This document shows positions 42,727 to 56,146 of a stretch of DNA of 64,000 nt, piece after piece. This DNA comes from Anaeramoeba ignava BMAN. Lineage: Eukaryota; Protista; Anaeramoebae. Under the pieces are notes generated by a model, which saw nothing but the letters and a program-made list of their open reading frames with translations, had not been told where the DNA came from and ran no database searches. The stretch's first letter is position 1. Every line of letters starts with the position of its first letter. The DNA is taken from the NCBI GenBank assembly GCA_028826165.1, contig JAPDFW010000056.1:124001-188000 (forward strand), in the 5' to 3' direction. The position numbers and the translations under genes are program-made.

Positions 42727-44603
42727 TTAAAAAATTAAACAATTTGAATTTGTTTTTGGATTTTGATTATTAAATTTGTTAATTAATAAATCAAATAAAT
42801 TTGGATTTGTTCGATTTAATTGAAAATAATCAATTCCTCTTTCTAATTCTTCAATTATTTCTTTTGTGTAATTTGAATTTCATCTTTAATTTGATTTGAA
42901 TAAATCCAATATTCAAATATTTGAAATGATTTGTTACTTAATTCACTATAATCTGTAACTTTATTAGAAGTATCATTTGTTACAGATAAAAACATTCCTC
43001 GATATAATTCACTTCTCATTATTAATATTAATTTTGGAAATTTATATTGTTTTTCCTTTCTTTCAATTATAAAATCTTTTTCATTTTCATTTTCATTTAA
43101 ATAAATTCTTTTCATTGTTTCTTCTATTTTTTCATTTGAATTTATAATTTCTTTAATTTCAGAATATAATATTGGATTTATTTTGGAATTATTTGAATAA
43201 ATCATTTCAAATATTTGATTTGATTCTTTAATTGATTTTTTTGAAATAATTTCTTGAAGTTTTTCAATTTGATTTTGATTTAATCTATATTTCAATATTA
43301 ATTTATGAGCTTCAATTATTTCTCCATTTTCTGTTTTAAATGAAATATTGCAAAATTCTTTTCTTCTAAATAATTTTATCAAATCTTCTTCAAGATTTAA
43401 AAAAGGAAGAAAAGAATAATAAAGAAATGATTTGTTAAATCCACAAGAAAGATGATAATTAGAAATATTTTCATTAAATCTTAATTCAGGAAGTTCAATT
43501 TGAATTGGAATTAATTGATTATTTGTATCTCCATTTCCTAATTGACCATAATCATTTTCTCCAAATCCTATTAACTTCCCTTTTGTTGTTAAAATCAAAG
43601 TATAACAATATCCAACAGAAAAATCAAGAATACGATCTTTTCTGAATAAAGATGATTTAATTTCAGTAAATTCATAAGTATAATTATATTTTTTGCCAAA
43701 TCCATTAAATTCATGATCTCCACATGAATAAAGTTTTCTTTTTTGGTTTTTATTTTCAATCAACATTATTGAATGAGTAGGTCCACATTGAATATCGATT
43801 ATTTTGCCTTTTGGAATATTTTGGATTTTGGTTAATTTTTTGATTCTTTCTTCTTCTATTGATTCTCCTAATCCAAGTTGGCCAGTATGATTATCACCAC
43901 ATCCAAATAATTCTTGGTTTGAATTTAAAAGAAAAACATGATTTGAAGAATTTCCTGAAAATATTTTAGAAACATTTTTCATCATTAAAATTGGTTTTTC
44001 TGTTTCATCAAGTGTTTCAGAATTGGAATCAGGGAGAAATTGTTCATGATAATTATAATGAATAGCATAAGCATTTTTATTTGAAGTTAATAAATAAATT
44101 GAATTCTCTGCACAAACAATATCTTCAATTATTCTATCATTTGTATCTTCAATTAATTCAGAAATATTCATAAATTCATATCGATTTGATGTAATTATAT
44201 TCTTTCCTTGTGCGAATGCCTTTCCTTCATAAGTTAAAATAGCTTCATGTAAATCACCAACAGATACTTTCTTAATATTTTCAATTATGATTGTATAAGG
44301 ATTTTGATTTGAATCATTTTCTTCATTTAGATATTCTATTGCTTTTCCATTTTTAAAAAGGAAAATTGTTGAATAATTTCCTGTTGAAATTTGTTTAATT
44401 TGTTTAATTTGATTTTCATTTTCATTTTCATTTTCATTTTCATTTTCATTTTCATTTTCATTTTCATTTTCATTTTCATTTTCATTTTCATTTTCATTTT
44501 CATTTTCAAATTTAAATTGAATTGGTTTTTTTATTTTTTTTGAAGATTTATTTAAAAAAAGTTTTGGTTTTTTATTTGAACCAAAAAAGAAAATTTCATT
44601 CAT
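42727..44603 (-). CDS. RCC1-BTB copy 4, most divergent; +2 frameshift near the 3' end (about 42863)
   Basis: Homology continues past the ORF stop at 42855 (IEELERGIDYFQLNRTNPNLFDLLINKF) to TAA at 42727. Confidence 0.85.
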
Positions 44604-44853
44604 TTTTTAAAAAAGAGAAAAAAAATGAAAAAAAAAAAATCTAGCAAAACAAAAAACCAAAATTTTTTTTTCATTTTTTCATTCCCATCTTTTTTTATTA
44701 CTTCATTTATTTACAATAATTTTTAAATTTTTTTTCTTCTTTTTCACTCTTCTTTTCTGTTATTTTTTTGTCATTTTTTTTTGACTTTTTCATTATTATT
44801 TTTATTATTATAATTTTTCGAAATTTTTTCTAAATCAAAAATACTGAATCAAA

Positions 44854-47800
44854 ATGACAACTTCAAGAAGAAAGACACGAACATTAATAAGAACACGTTC
44901 ACAAGAAAGCATGGAATTCACAACAACGCCTATGTTTTGGGAAGCATGTTTAGAAGATGATTCCGAAGTGATTCCTACTTTATTAATTCCGACATTAGCC
45001 AAAAGTTATTTAATCCGTTCAAAAACCGAAACTGGAGATACTGGAATTCATTATTGTTGTTTTAAACAAGGAAAACAAGTTGAGTCGTTGAAGGTCTTAA
45101 TGTCTTATCACATGAACCAAAACAATAAGAATAATTTCGGTTGGTCTCCTTTGCATATTTCTTGTATTCAAGGTCTTCATAATCATTGTGAAGAGCTTTT
45201 AAGTAATGGTGCTGATCCAGATTCTGTTAATAATTTAGGGCTTTCCCCAATTCATTATGCTTGCAAATATGGTCATTCTCAATGTTTGAATGTTTTACTT
45301 AAATATAATGCCAAATTAAATGTAATTTCTTTTTTTAAATTTAAAACAAATTTTTTAAAAAGAAATTAATAAGAAGAAAGAAAAAAAAATTTTTTTATTT
45401 TTGAATGAAAGAGGGATTATTTTAATTCGAAATCTAAATTACAAATTCAAATAAAATCTAAAATAATTTAAAATTAAATCTAAATTAAAAATTAAAATAA
45501 AATCTAAAAATAAAAATCTAAAATTAAATCTAAAATAAAATCTAAAATAAAAATTTAAAATAAAATCTAAATTAAAAATCTAAATTAAAAATCTAATAAT
45601 TTAAAATAAAATCTAAAATAATTTAAAATAAAATCTAAAATAAAAATTAAATTAAAAATCTAAAAATAAAAATCTAAATAAAAATATAAAATAAAATCTA
45701 AAATAAAATCTAAAATAAAATCTAAAAATAAATCTAAAAATAAAATCTAAAATAAAATCTAAAATAAAATCTAAAATAAAATCTAAAATAAAATTTAAAA
45801 ATAAAATCTAAAATAATTTAAAATAAAAATATAAAATAAAATCTAAAATAAAATTTAAAATAAAATCTAAATTACAAATTAAATTAAAAATCTAATATAA
45901 AATCTAAAAATAAAATCTAAAATAAAATTTAAAATAAAATCTAAAATAAAATTTAAATTAAAATCTAAAATAAAATCTAAAATAAAATCTAAAATAAAAA
46001 TCTAAAAATAAAATCTAAAAATAAAATCTAAAATAAAATCTAAAATAAAATTTAAAATAAAATTTAAAATAAAATCTAAAATAAAATCTAAATAATTTAA
46101 AAATAAAATATAAAATAAAATCTAAAATAAAATTTAAAATAAAATCTAAAATAAAAATCTAAAATCTAAAATAAAATCTAAATTAAGAATCTAAATTAAA
46201 ATCTAAAATAAAATCTAAAATAAAATTTAAAATAAAATATAAAATAAAATCTAAAATAAAAATCTAAAATAAAATCTAAAATAAAATCTAAAATAAAATC
46301 TAAAATAAAATCTAAAATAAAATTTAAAATCTAAAATAAAATCTAAAATAAAATCTAAAATAAAAATCTAAAATAATTTAAAATAAAATTTAAAATAAAA
46401 TCTAAAATAAAATCTAAAATAAAATCTAAAATAAAATCTAAAATAAAATCTAAAATAAAATCTAAAATAAAATCTAAATTAAAATTTAAAATCTAAAATA
46501 AAATCTAAAATAAAATTTAAAATCTAAAATAAAAATAAAGAAACTTCCTGATAATGAAACTCTTTTAATGCTTGCTGCAAAACATGGAAATACAGAAATT
46601 ATCGAAATTTTAACAAAAATTGGTGAATCAGTTAGTGAAAAAAGAACAGATGGTCAAAACGCTTTTCATTATGCTATCAAAAATGGAAATCTTCAAAGTT
46701 GTTCAGCTCTTCTTAAAGCAGGAGCAGATATAAATTCACAAGATCATTCTGGATATTCTAGTTTACATCATGCTGTTAAAATCGGATCTTTTGAAATTAC
46801 AGAATTTTTAATTCAAAATGGTGCTTCTGTAAACATTAGATTAAATTCAGGAGATTCTCCACTTCATTGTGCAGTTAGAAATAAACATTTTTTGATCACA
46901 AAATTATTATTAGATTCTGGAGCAAATCCTAACTTTCGAGATTCTAAAGGAAGAGTTGTAAATTTTTATTTTAATTTCAATTAAAATTAATTCATCAAAT
47001 TTCATGTATTTTGAATTTGATTTAAATCAAATTTCATGTATTTTGAATTTATTTTAAATTTATTTTAAATTTATTTTGAATTTATTTTTAATTTCAATTT
47101 AAAATTCAAATTCATCAAATTTTAAATTTATTTTGAATTTATTTTGAATTTATTTTAATTTCAATTAAAATTATTTCATCAAATTTCATGTATTTGAATT
47201 TATTTTGAATTTATTTTGAATTTGATTTAAATTTATTTTAAATTTATTTTGAATTTAATTTATTTTGAATTTGATTTAAATCAAATTTCATTGATTTAAA
47301 TTTATTTTAAATTTATTTTAAATTTATTTTGAATTTATTTTAAAATTTGATTAAATAAAAAGGCTCTCCATTACGCAACAAAAAATCAAGACTATAAATT
47401 ATTCAATATTCTTCTTGATCAGAAATGCAAATCCATATATAAAAGATCGCAAAGGAAGAGATCCCCTAAAATACACAAAAATCAAAAAACATTATGAATT
47501 TCTGTTTGTGGTTCTTGATCTCGCATTAATAAACATAGTTTTTTATAGAAAAAATGAATACGTTTCACAATTAATTGATGATGGAGCAAGTGTTGATGGA
47601 CAAAACTTCCAGCAATACATCAACAAATTGGAAGAAACAATAAAAACACAACAAGAAACAATATCGGAAACAGATCTTCGCAAAGAACTCAAGAAAGAAT
47701 TGAGCTATTTAAATAACATGTATTCTTCACCAATGATTGCTTCAGTTTCTGGAAAAAACTATGAAGCATTTCGGATTCTACTCAATAAATTTGCAGAAAT

Positions 47801-50081
47801 GAAACAGAACGATTATTTCACTGGGCATTCCGCATTGCACAAAGCGGTGCTGAATAACGACGCACATTTTGTAAAAATATTACTTGAACACAATGCTTCT
47901 GTGACTGTTACAGATCACGATAACCAGACACCACTAGATATCATCCGCACAAAGAATTTTGTAAAATGCCAGCAAGTGATCGAGCACTCACAACTTCTTC
48001 ATGTGCGATATCTTCCGCGCCAGAAGTTTCCGAAGATTGTGCATGGAACGCTGGAAAAATTATTAGAAAGACTTTTAACGGAAACGCTATTTGAATATCA
48101 ATTTTGTTTGTATTTCCTGCTGATGTTCAGGTTTTTCCAGAAAAAGAAAGAAATGTTGAACAAACTCATCTGGATCTTCGAAAATGCTGAGGAATACATC
48201 TCGAATATTGCTCATTTTGAATCAAACACAAATGAGGACAAAATCAAGTTTTTAAGAGTTAGAATTGCGATTGTTTTAGAAACTTGGATTTACGAGTTGT
48301 TCACAGATTTCCACAAGAACAAACCCTGCAGGAACCCATCCAAATCGAGACTCAACAGCGAGTTGATCTCAAAGCTTTCCTTTTTTGACCCTGAAAACTA
48401 TGAGGAACAGCTATTAAAGATACAGGAATGGTATCTGAAAAACTTAAAGCCCAAAAACGAGGTCATGTTTACAAAAGAATCCCTCAATCATCTTTTCACA
48501 AGTGAGACAGATGAAAAAGCACAAGCATTCTCGCAGAGTCCAAAGGTTCAGAGAAAATTGGAAAAGGCAAACTCCGATAAGAAAAAACTTTCAAGCGAGA
48601 AAAAATTGCAAAAACAGCTCCGCAAAATCAGCCAAAAAGAACCAACAACGCTGAGCAATCTAGCGCAGATATTCCAGGAATCCTCGCCACAATCACAACA
48701 GAGAACATCTCGTGTAACAAGAATAAAAAGCACAGTTTCAATTAGCGATTTGATTAACCCAGATATCCTGAGCGAGATGCCTGAAGAACCAACAGTAAAC
48801 ACAAAAAGCACAAAAAATTCGACTCATTTTGTGGCCAAAACTTGGACACGAAATTCACTGAAAAGATGGGGATCTCAACCCGAAAACATTGGACGAAATC
48901 GAGCGCGTTTTGATCCGCGCAAGACATTCAACATTCTTCTAGAATTCATAACACGAAATGCGGAGAAATTTTCTTCCGAAATGATTCCTTTAAAATACGC
49001 ACTTACAGAACAATTGAGTTACTACACACAAAAATACATTAAAGAACCATTGACAAAAATAGCGAACACAACAAACCCATCCTGGTTTGATCCGTGGCGC
49101 GCTGATAGAAAGGCACAAGCTATTATCACAGACGACATTCGCGCCAATAACGCTGGGATGATGTATTTATTTGTGGAGGTTGACGGGATGATTTATGCCC
49201 GTCATAAACCCTGGAGAGCCACTTGGATCAGTGATCCGTTTGATAATCCGCAGATTCAAAGTATTCTGGAGAGACCTATTCCAGAGTCTGTTATCAAAAA
49301 ACAGAAGAAATCCAAGAAACATGTTCACGATGTAATTTTGGATAATGATCCACTTGAAATCGCACGTCAATTAACCCTTCTTGAATTCTCGTATTTCGAC
49401 AAGATTCCCATGCTCGAGATCAAGAACTGGACTAACGGAAGAGGGTTGACAACCGAGCAACTGAAAGAAAGCAAGGTTCTGTTCAAAAACCTGCCAAATA
49501 TGATCGTTTTTGATGAACATTATAATAAAATTGTGAATTTTGTCATTTTCCAAATTGTAAAAACTGTCAATCTCAAAAAACGTCTGCGAATGCTTTCCAG
49601 ACTGATCCAAGTTTCGTATCATCTCCGCAAACTCAACAACTATTCATCTCTTATGGAGATTCTCGAGGGATTCAACCAAGAACCTGTTCTTCGTCTTAAG
49701 AAAACATGGTCAAAACTCGAAAAGTCAAGCAAACAAATACTAATGAATCTCAAGAAGGAATTGCGAGAACTAGAGCTTGAGTCGCAGTACCGCAATCACT
49801 ACAAAGAGCTGCTTCCGCCTTGTATTCCCTATATTGATCATTTCATGAATGATATCGAAGAAATGGATAAAACTTTTGTTGATATTGATCAAGATCAAAG
49901 GATCCAATTTGAAAAATTTGTAAATCAGTTCAAATTGATTGAAACAATCACAAAGTTTCAACGGTTTAACTTTAGATTTAATCCTATTCAATCCATTCAA
50001 ACTTTAATCGAAAATTCCCCATTTTGTTCAAATGAAAAATTGATTGAAATGTCCTTGATTTGTGAGAAAAAACGCAAATAA
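44854..50081 (+). CDS. Ankyrin-repeat RasGEF (ANK repeats, REM, CDC25 domain), 3 exons (44854-45321, 46541-46957, 47363-50081)
   Basis: G-x-S/T-PLH ankyrin motifs; REM (IVHGTLEKLLERL...FLLMFRFF); CDC25 (DPLEIARQLTLLEFSYF, LNNYSSLMEI, RLKKTW, PPCIPY). One +1 indel near 47423. Confidence 0.92.
45430..46535. repeat. Intronic 12-bp repeat (AAAATAAAATCT)n
   Basis: Fills intron 1 of the ANK-RasGEF gene. Confidence 0.95.
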
Positions 50082-50185
50082 AAAAAAATTTTTCTTTTTT
50101 TTTTTTTATAATTTTTTTTTTCATTTTTTCTTTTATTTTTTTTCAAATTAAAATTTATATTATAAAATTTATAAAAAAAATAATC

Positions 50186-51469
50186 ATGGAAGAAACAAAA
50201 AAACCAAAAATACAAAAACTAAAACAACTTGTTACAAAAAAATCACAATTTGGTGAATTTGAACAAAAAGAAATGGAACAAACAATTAAAAAGCAAGTAC
50301 AATTTGAAGAAGATCAAGAAATTAAAAAAGAAAAAGAAGAAATTAATAAAAAAGAAAAAGAAGAAAATATTCAAAAAGAAGAAAAAGTAAAACCCCAAAA
50401 ATTCCAAATGAAACAATACATGAGAGATCTTGCTCTGAAAATTGCCCAATCAAACGAGCAACTCAAGGATACAAACTTATCCAATCCAATTGCGCAAAAA
50501 GTTGGATTTGAAACTTTATCAAATATTAAAGACGGTTTTAATTTACTTGATAGGGATGAAAAATACCATCTCCAAATTAAAGACGGAGATGTAAAATTAT
50601 CAAACAGAAGACAAACAGTTTATAAATGGGATCACTCCCAAAAAAAAGAAGAGCAAAACACTCAAAAAGAAGGCGAGGAAAATCACGATGTTTTGGAAGA
50701 ATTAATTCAGGAATGGCCGTTTATTCTTATTGACTCTCAAGCAAATTCAACAAAAAACAGGAAATTCTTCAACAAGTTGCACAAAACTAATCTGAAACTA
50801 TGGAAAAGAAAAAGAACCAAATCTCTTCGCAAAAAAAAGAAAGACGATCCAAATGAAAATGAACCAAAAAACGCGCCAAAACTTTTTCATATTTATTTGG
50901 ATGATTTTTCGAAAAATCCCGAGGAAACACTTTTTCCTTTTGTCGATACATGCATTCAAATCATAGAAGAAAAGGGGATTGATGATGAAGGGGTTTACCG
51001 TTTATCAGGTTCTTTTAGCGAAATTAATTCCATTCGAAAAAAACTTGATGAAGGAGAATCTGTTGATTTAAATGCTTTTCAAGTAACAACAATAACTAGT
51101 TTGTTTAAGTTGTTTTTCCGCGAATTACCCGAAACGTTATTAACACAAGAAATTTGCGGGAAAATCGATGCTGTTTCCTTGGCAAGTCCTGATAAAATTG
51201 AACAGATTAGATCTTGTATTGATCAAGTTCCTTCTTTGAATAAAATTATTGCTAATAAATTGTTTTCTCATTTGCATAAGATCCAATTAAATGCTGAAAA
51301 AAACAAAATGAATGCACACAATCTTGCAATTGTATTTTTTCCTTCTTTATTAATTAATTACGAAATGACAACGTTTATTATTGAGAATTATCCAAAAATT
51401 TATGAAGACAATAAAGAAGAAAATCAACAAGAAAATCAGCAAGAAAATCAAAATCAAAATCAAAATTAA
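50186..51469 (+). CDS. RhoGAP-domain protein, single exon
   Basis: EGVYRLSGS (arginine finger intact), SLFKLFFRELPETL, NKMNAHNLAIVFFPSL. Confidence 0.95.
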   Translation: MEETKKPKIQKLKQLVTKKSQFGEFEQKEMEQTIKKQVQFEEDQEIKKEKEEINKKEKEENIQKEEKVKPQKFQMKQYMRDLALKIAQSNEQLKDTNLSNPIAQKVGFETLSNIKDGFNLLDRDEKYHLQIKDGDVKLSNRRQTVYKWDHSQKKEEQNTQKEGEENHDVLEELIQEWPFILIDSQANSTKNRKFFNKLHKTNLKLWKRKRTKSLRKKKKDDPNENEPKNAPKLFHIYLDDFSKNPEETLFPFVDTCIQIIEEKGIDDEGVYRLSGSFSEINSIRKKLDEGESVDLNAFQVTTITSLFKLFFRELPETLLTQEICGKIDAVSLASPDKIEQIRSCIDQVPSLNKIIANKLFSHLHKIQLNAEKNKMNAHNLAIVFFPSLLINYEMTTFIIENYPKIYEDNKEENQQENQQENQNQNQN

Positions 51470-51569
51470 AATTCATTTCAAAAAATGTTTACTTCAAAAT
51501 GATTCAAAAAAAAAAATAATAAAATTTTTCAAAATTATTTTTTTCATTTTTTTCTTAATAAAAAATATA

Positions 51570-54500
51570 ATGGGATTATTTTGTCTTGGATTGGAAGGAA
51601 GTGCAAATAAATTAGGAGTAGGAATTGTAAAAGAAGATGGAACAATATTAGCAAATTTGAGAGAAACATATATTACTCCTCCTGGAGAAGGATTTATTCC
51701 AAGCAAAACTGCAAAACATCACAGCAAAAAAATTATTTATTTAATTAAAAAAGCTTTTTTAACTGCAAAAGTTTTACCAAAAGATATTGGTTTAATTGCT
51801 TATACTAAAGGTCCTGGAATGGGTGGTCCTCTTCAAAATGTTGCTATTGTTGCTAGAATGTTAAGTCAAATGTGGAATGTTCCTATTATTGGTGTTAACC
51901 ATTGTGTTGCTCGTTTGTTTCATAAACAAAATTATAAACAATTATTAACAAAAATTATTAAAAAAAATTATTAACAAATTTATAAACAAATTTATAAACA
52001 AAATTATAAACAAAATTATTAACAAAATTATAAACAAATTTATAAACAAAATTATTAACAAATTTATAAACAAATTTATAAACAAAATTATAAACAAATT
52101 TATAAACAAATTTATAAAAATAAAATTTTATAAAACAAAATTTATTAACAAAATTATAAAAAACAAATTTATTGAACAAAATTATAAACAAATTTATTAA
52201 TAAAATTATTAACAAAATTTATAAACAAATTTATTAACAAATTTATTAACAAAATTATAAACAAAATTATAAATAAAATTATTAACAAATTTATTAACAA
52301 AATTATAAACAAATTTATAAACAAATTTATAAACAAATTTATAAACAAAATTATTAATAAAAATTATTAACAAAATTATAAACAAATTTAATAAACAAAT
52401 TTATTAACAAATTTATTAACAAAATTATAAATAAAATTATAAACAAATTTATAAACAAAATTATTAACAAAATTATAAATAAAATTATTAACAAATTATA
52501 AACAAAATTATTAACAAATTTATAAACAAAATTATAAACAAATTTATAAAATTAAACAAATTTATAAACAAAATTATAAACAAATTTATAAACAAATTTA
52601 TAAACAAATTTATAAACAAAATTATAAACAAAAATTATTAACAAAATTATTAACAAACAAAAATTATTAACAAAATTATAAACAAAATTATTAACAAAAT
52701 TATTAACAAATTTATTAACAAATTTATAAACAAATTTATAAACAAATTTATTAACAAATTTATAAACAAATTTATAAACAAATTTATAAACAAAATTATA
52801 AACAAATTTATAAACAAAATTATAAACAAATTTATAAACAAAATTATTAACAAATTTATTAACAAAATTATTAATAAAATTATTAATAAAATTATAAACA
52901 AAATTATAAACAAAATTATTAACAAATTTATTAACAAATTTATTAACAAAATTATAAATAAAATTATTAACAAAATTCGAAATATAAAATAAATAGATAT
53001 TGAAATGGGTAGAATTGTAACAGGAGCTAAAGATCCAATAGTTCTTTATGTTTCAGGAGGAAATACACAAGTTATTGCATATTCTTTAAAAAAATATCGA
53101 ATATTTGGAGAAACTATTGATATTGCTGTAGGTAATTGTTTAGATAGATTTGCAAGAGCGATTAATTTATCTAATGATCCAAGTCCAGGATATAATATAG
53201 AACAAAAAGCAAAAGAAGGTGGAAATAATTTTATGTAAGAAATATTATAAAATATTATAAAATAAATAATATAAAATAAATAATATAAAAGAAATATTCT
53301 AAAATAAATATTACAAAATAAATATTCCAAAATAAATATTATAAAATATTATAAAAGAAATATTATAAAATAAATATTATAAAATAAATATTATAAAAGA
53401 AATATTATAAAATATATATTATAAAATAAATATTATAAAATAAATATTATAAAATAAATATTATAAGTTTCGGAAATTCCAAAATCCCTACCTAGCTTCT
53501 CCCAATATGGATAATGCTTTAGCCATGTTAATGACATTAAGAATTGGTTTTCTTTAGATAGTTTTTTCCGTCTCCTTCTTCTTCCTTTTGATTCGCAAAC
53601 TTCTTCAATTTTATGGAATAATTCCAGAAAAGGTTGAAATTCAAAATTCGTTAAAACTTTCAATCTTTGTTCTTTGCCAGCACTTTCAAGATAGTGATAA
53701 TTATGATTGTCTGCAATTTCCGATAAATTGTCATCTTCTGAATCAAACTCTTCGATTATGTTAGCCTCATTAGTGTTATGATTATTCTCATACCAATTAT
53801 CTTTAATCTCCATGTGAGAAAAAATGAAAAAAAAATTCATTAGCGAATTAATAGAAATTAGTGAATTAATAGAAATTAGTGAATTAATAGAAATTAGCGA
53901 ATTAATAAAAATTAGTGAATTAATAGAAATTAGCGAAGCAGATGAATTCGTCCGAAGGTTTAATAATTCCTGTTAGCCGAAATGAATTGGTTATTGTTAA
54001 TCCTAGAATAGAATTCCATATTTTGATACATCCTTCAGAAACTTTGGTTCTTTTTGTTTGAGCACAATCTAACTTATTTATAATGCCTGTTATTTCCTCC
54101 TTATATTTACCTTTAAATTGTCTAAAAATCAATTTATCCAAGGGACGAAGTTGACCTGTCATATTTTGTGGAATCAATTCAATAAGGACTTCCTTTTTTT
54201 TGGCAAATTCAATGAAAGTGGAATTTATATGAGTTTTGAAATTATCTACGATCAAAACACAAGGAGTCTGAACATTGGGTAAAAAACTGGATTTAAATCA
54301 ATCATATTGTGTTCTTTTTGTCATCCAAACACTTTTTTTTGCAAAAAAAGTTCCATTATGTACATCTTCTCTCATCCACTTTTTGGCATATTTGCCTTCT
54401 TTGAAAATAAAACCTAATGGGAGTTTATTACCATCTCCAGCAATACAACCAATCAGTGTACATGATTGTTTTTGATTTATTTTGTTTCTTGCTAATACTT

Positions 54501-56146
54501 GCTTTTTTCCTCTTGGAGATAATGTAGTTTCTCTTGTATAATCATACTGAAGATTACTCTCATTTATGTTCCAAATATTTTCAGGACGATAATTTTGATA
54601 TAATTTCTCACATCTTAAATGAAACTTTTCTGTTTCTGAAATATCGTCAAAATCTGAGGGAGAACTTGATGAAGACATGCTTTTCTGATGACTAAATTAT
54701 GTCTTCGATTAAATCTGTGACACCAACTTTTTGAAAGACTTGAACCTTTATTTCCCAGAGATCTCCTTCTAGATTCATTCCGCACATCTTTGTAAGTCAC
54801 AATATTGCCCTCTCTCCTTTAATCCAAGATCCATTTGAGTAACTGAAGTTATTGTTTTTGTTCAACTTACATTTAGTTTTCCTGGTTTGCCTTCACTCTT
54901 GATTCTCTTGTGTTTGGTGGTAAAGGTGAATATGAAACACACTTTTGATATCTATTATTAAGAGTAGATCTTGGGATATGAGAATCCTCTGCAACTCGCT
55001 TTATTCCACCATATCCAATTTCTTCAATTTTGTAAAATAATTCTTCCCAATTTACACCTTGATATGATCTTCTTTTTCTTGGAATTTTTATAGGAGATGA
55101 ATTCGAACTCTTCTTAATCTTTCACACTCGTGCCATGATCCCTTATGTATGAAAAAATTTTCAACAACAAAAAAAATAATTTTTTCTAAGATTTTTTCAA
55201 TTAGATTAACTCTAATAGGTTCTCCATAACATATATAATAGGTGTTATGGAGCTTATCCATTTTTCTTTTAGTCATCGAAATGAAGAGAAAAATCAAAAA
55301 AAATAAATTTTTTTTAGAAACAAAAATGAAAATTTTTGAATTTGAAAAAAAAGTTTTTTATTAAATTAAGAATAATAAAAATAAATATTTCAAAATAAAT
55401 ATTATAAAATAAATATTATAAAATAAATATTCCAAAATAAATATTCCAAAATAAATATTATAAAATAAATATTATAAAATAAATATTATAAAATAAATAT
55501 TACAAAATAAATATTATAAAATAAATATTTAAAAATAAATATTCCAAAATAAATATTACAAAATAAATATTATAAAATAAATATTCCAAAATAAAATATT
55601 ATAAAATATTATAAAATATTCCAAAATAAATATTATAAAATAAATATTATAAAATATTCCAAAAAAAATATTGAAAACAAATATTTAAAAATATTGAAAA
55701 TAAAAAGATCACTCCCATATTCAGTTAAGGGAATGGACGTCTCTTTTTCAGGAATACTCAGTTATATCGAAAGCAACGGATTGGAATTATTACAAAAAGG
55801 AGAATGCACAGTTGAAGATTTATGCTTTTCCTTACAAGAAACAATATTCGCAATGCTCGTAGAAATAACAGAAAGAGCAATGGCTCATTGCCAAAAAAAT
55901 GAAGTACTAATTGTTGGTGGTGTTGGTTCTAACGTAAGATTGCAAGAAATGATTAAATTAATGGTTGAAGAACGTTCAGGTAAAATATTTTCAATGGATG
56001 AAAGATATTGTATTGATAACGGTGCAATGATTGGTTACACTGGAATTCTAATGTATTTAAATGGCGCTCGCGAAAATGTTGAAAATACTTTTGTAACTCA
56101 AAGATTTAGAACGGATGAAGTTGATGCAAATTGGAGAGAAGATTAA
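51570..56146 (+). CDS. OSGEP: tRNA N6-threonylcarbamoyltransferase Kae1/OSGEP, 3 exons (51570-51912, 52997-53234, 55708-56146)
   Basis: [27 protein letters not shown]|IEMG (metal site split by intron 1), [47 protein letters not shown]. Confidence 0.98.
51920..52975. repeat. Intronic 12-bp repeat (AAACAAATTTAT)n
   Basis: Fills Kae1 intron 1. Confidence 0.95.
53466..53813 (-). mobile_element. Truncated N-terminal HTH of a DDE_Tnp_4-type transposase (Harbinger/ISL2EU/IS5-like) inside Kae1 intron 2
   Basis: KVLTNF...FLELF...[40 protein letters not shown] matches the HTH_Tnp_4 pattern; it breaks off into the intron satellite. Confidence 0.72.
53839..53936. repeat. 18-bp tandem repeat (ATTAGYGAATTAATAGAA), 5+ copies
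   Basis: The unit equals the last codons of the pogo ORF (FANFY*) on the minus strand. Confidence 0.95.
53920..55136 (-). mobile_element. Decayed pogo-superfamily DD35D transposase (psq HTH + CENP-B HTH + DDE_1) inside Kae1 intron 2
   Basis: [20 protein letters not shown]; [14 protein letters not shown]; ENIWNINES (D>N), [41 protein letters not shown]; 35 residues between the last two Asp; stops and frameshifts present; no TIRs recognised. Confidence 0.9.
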
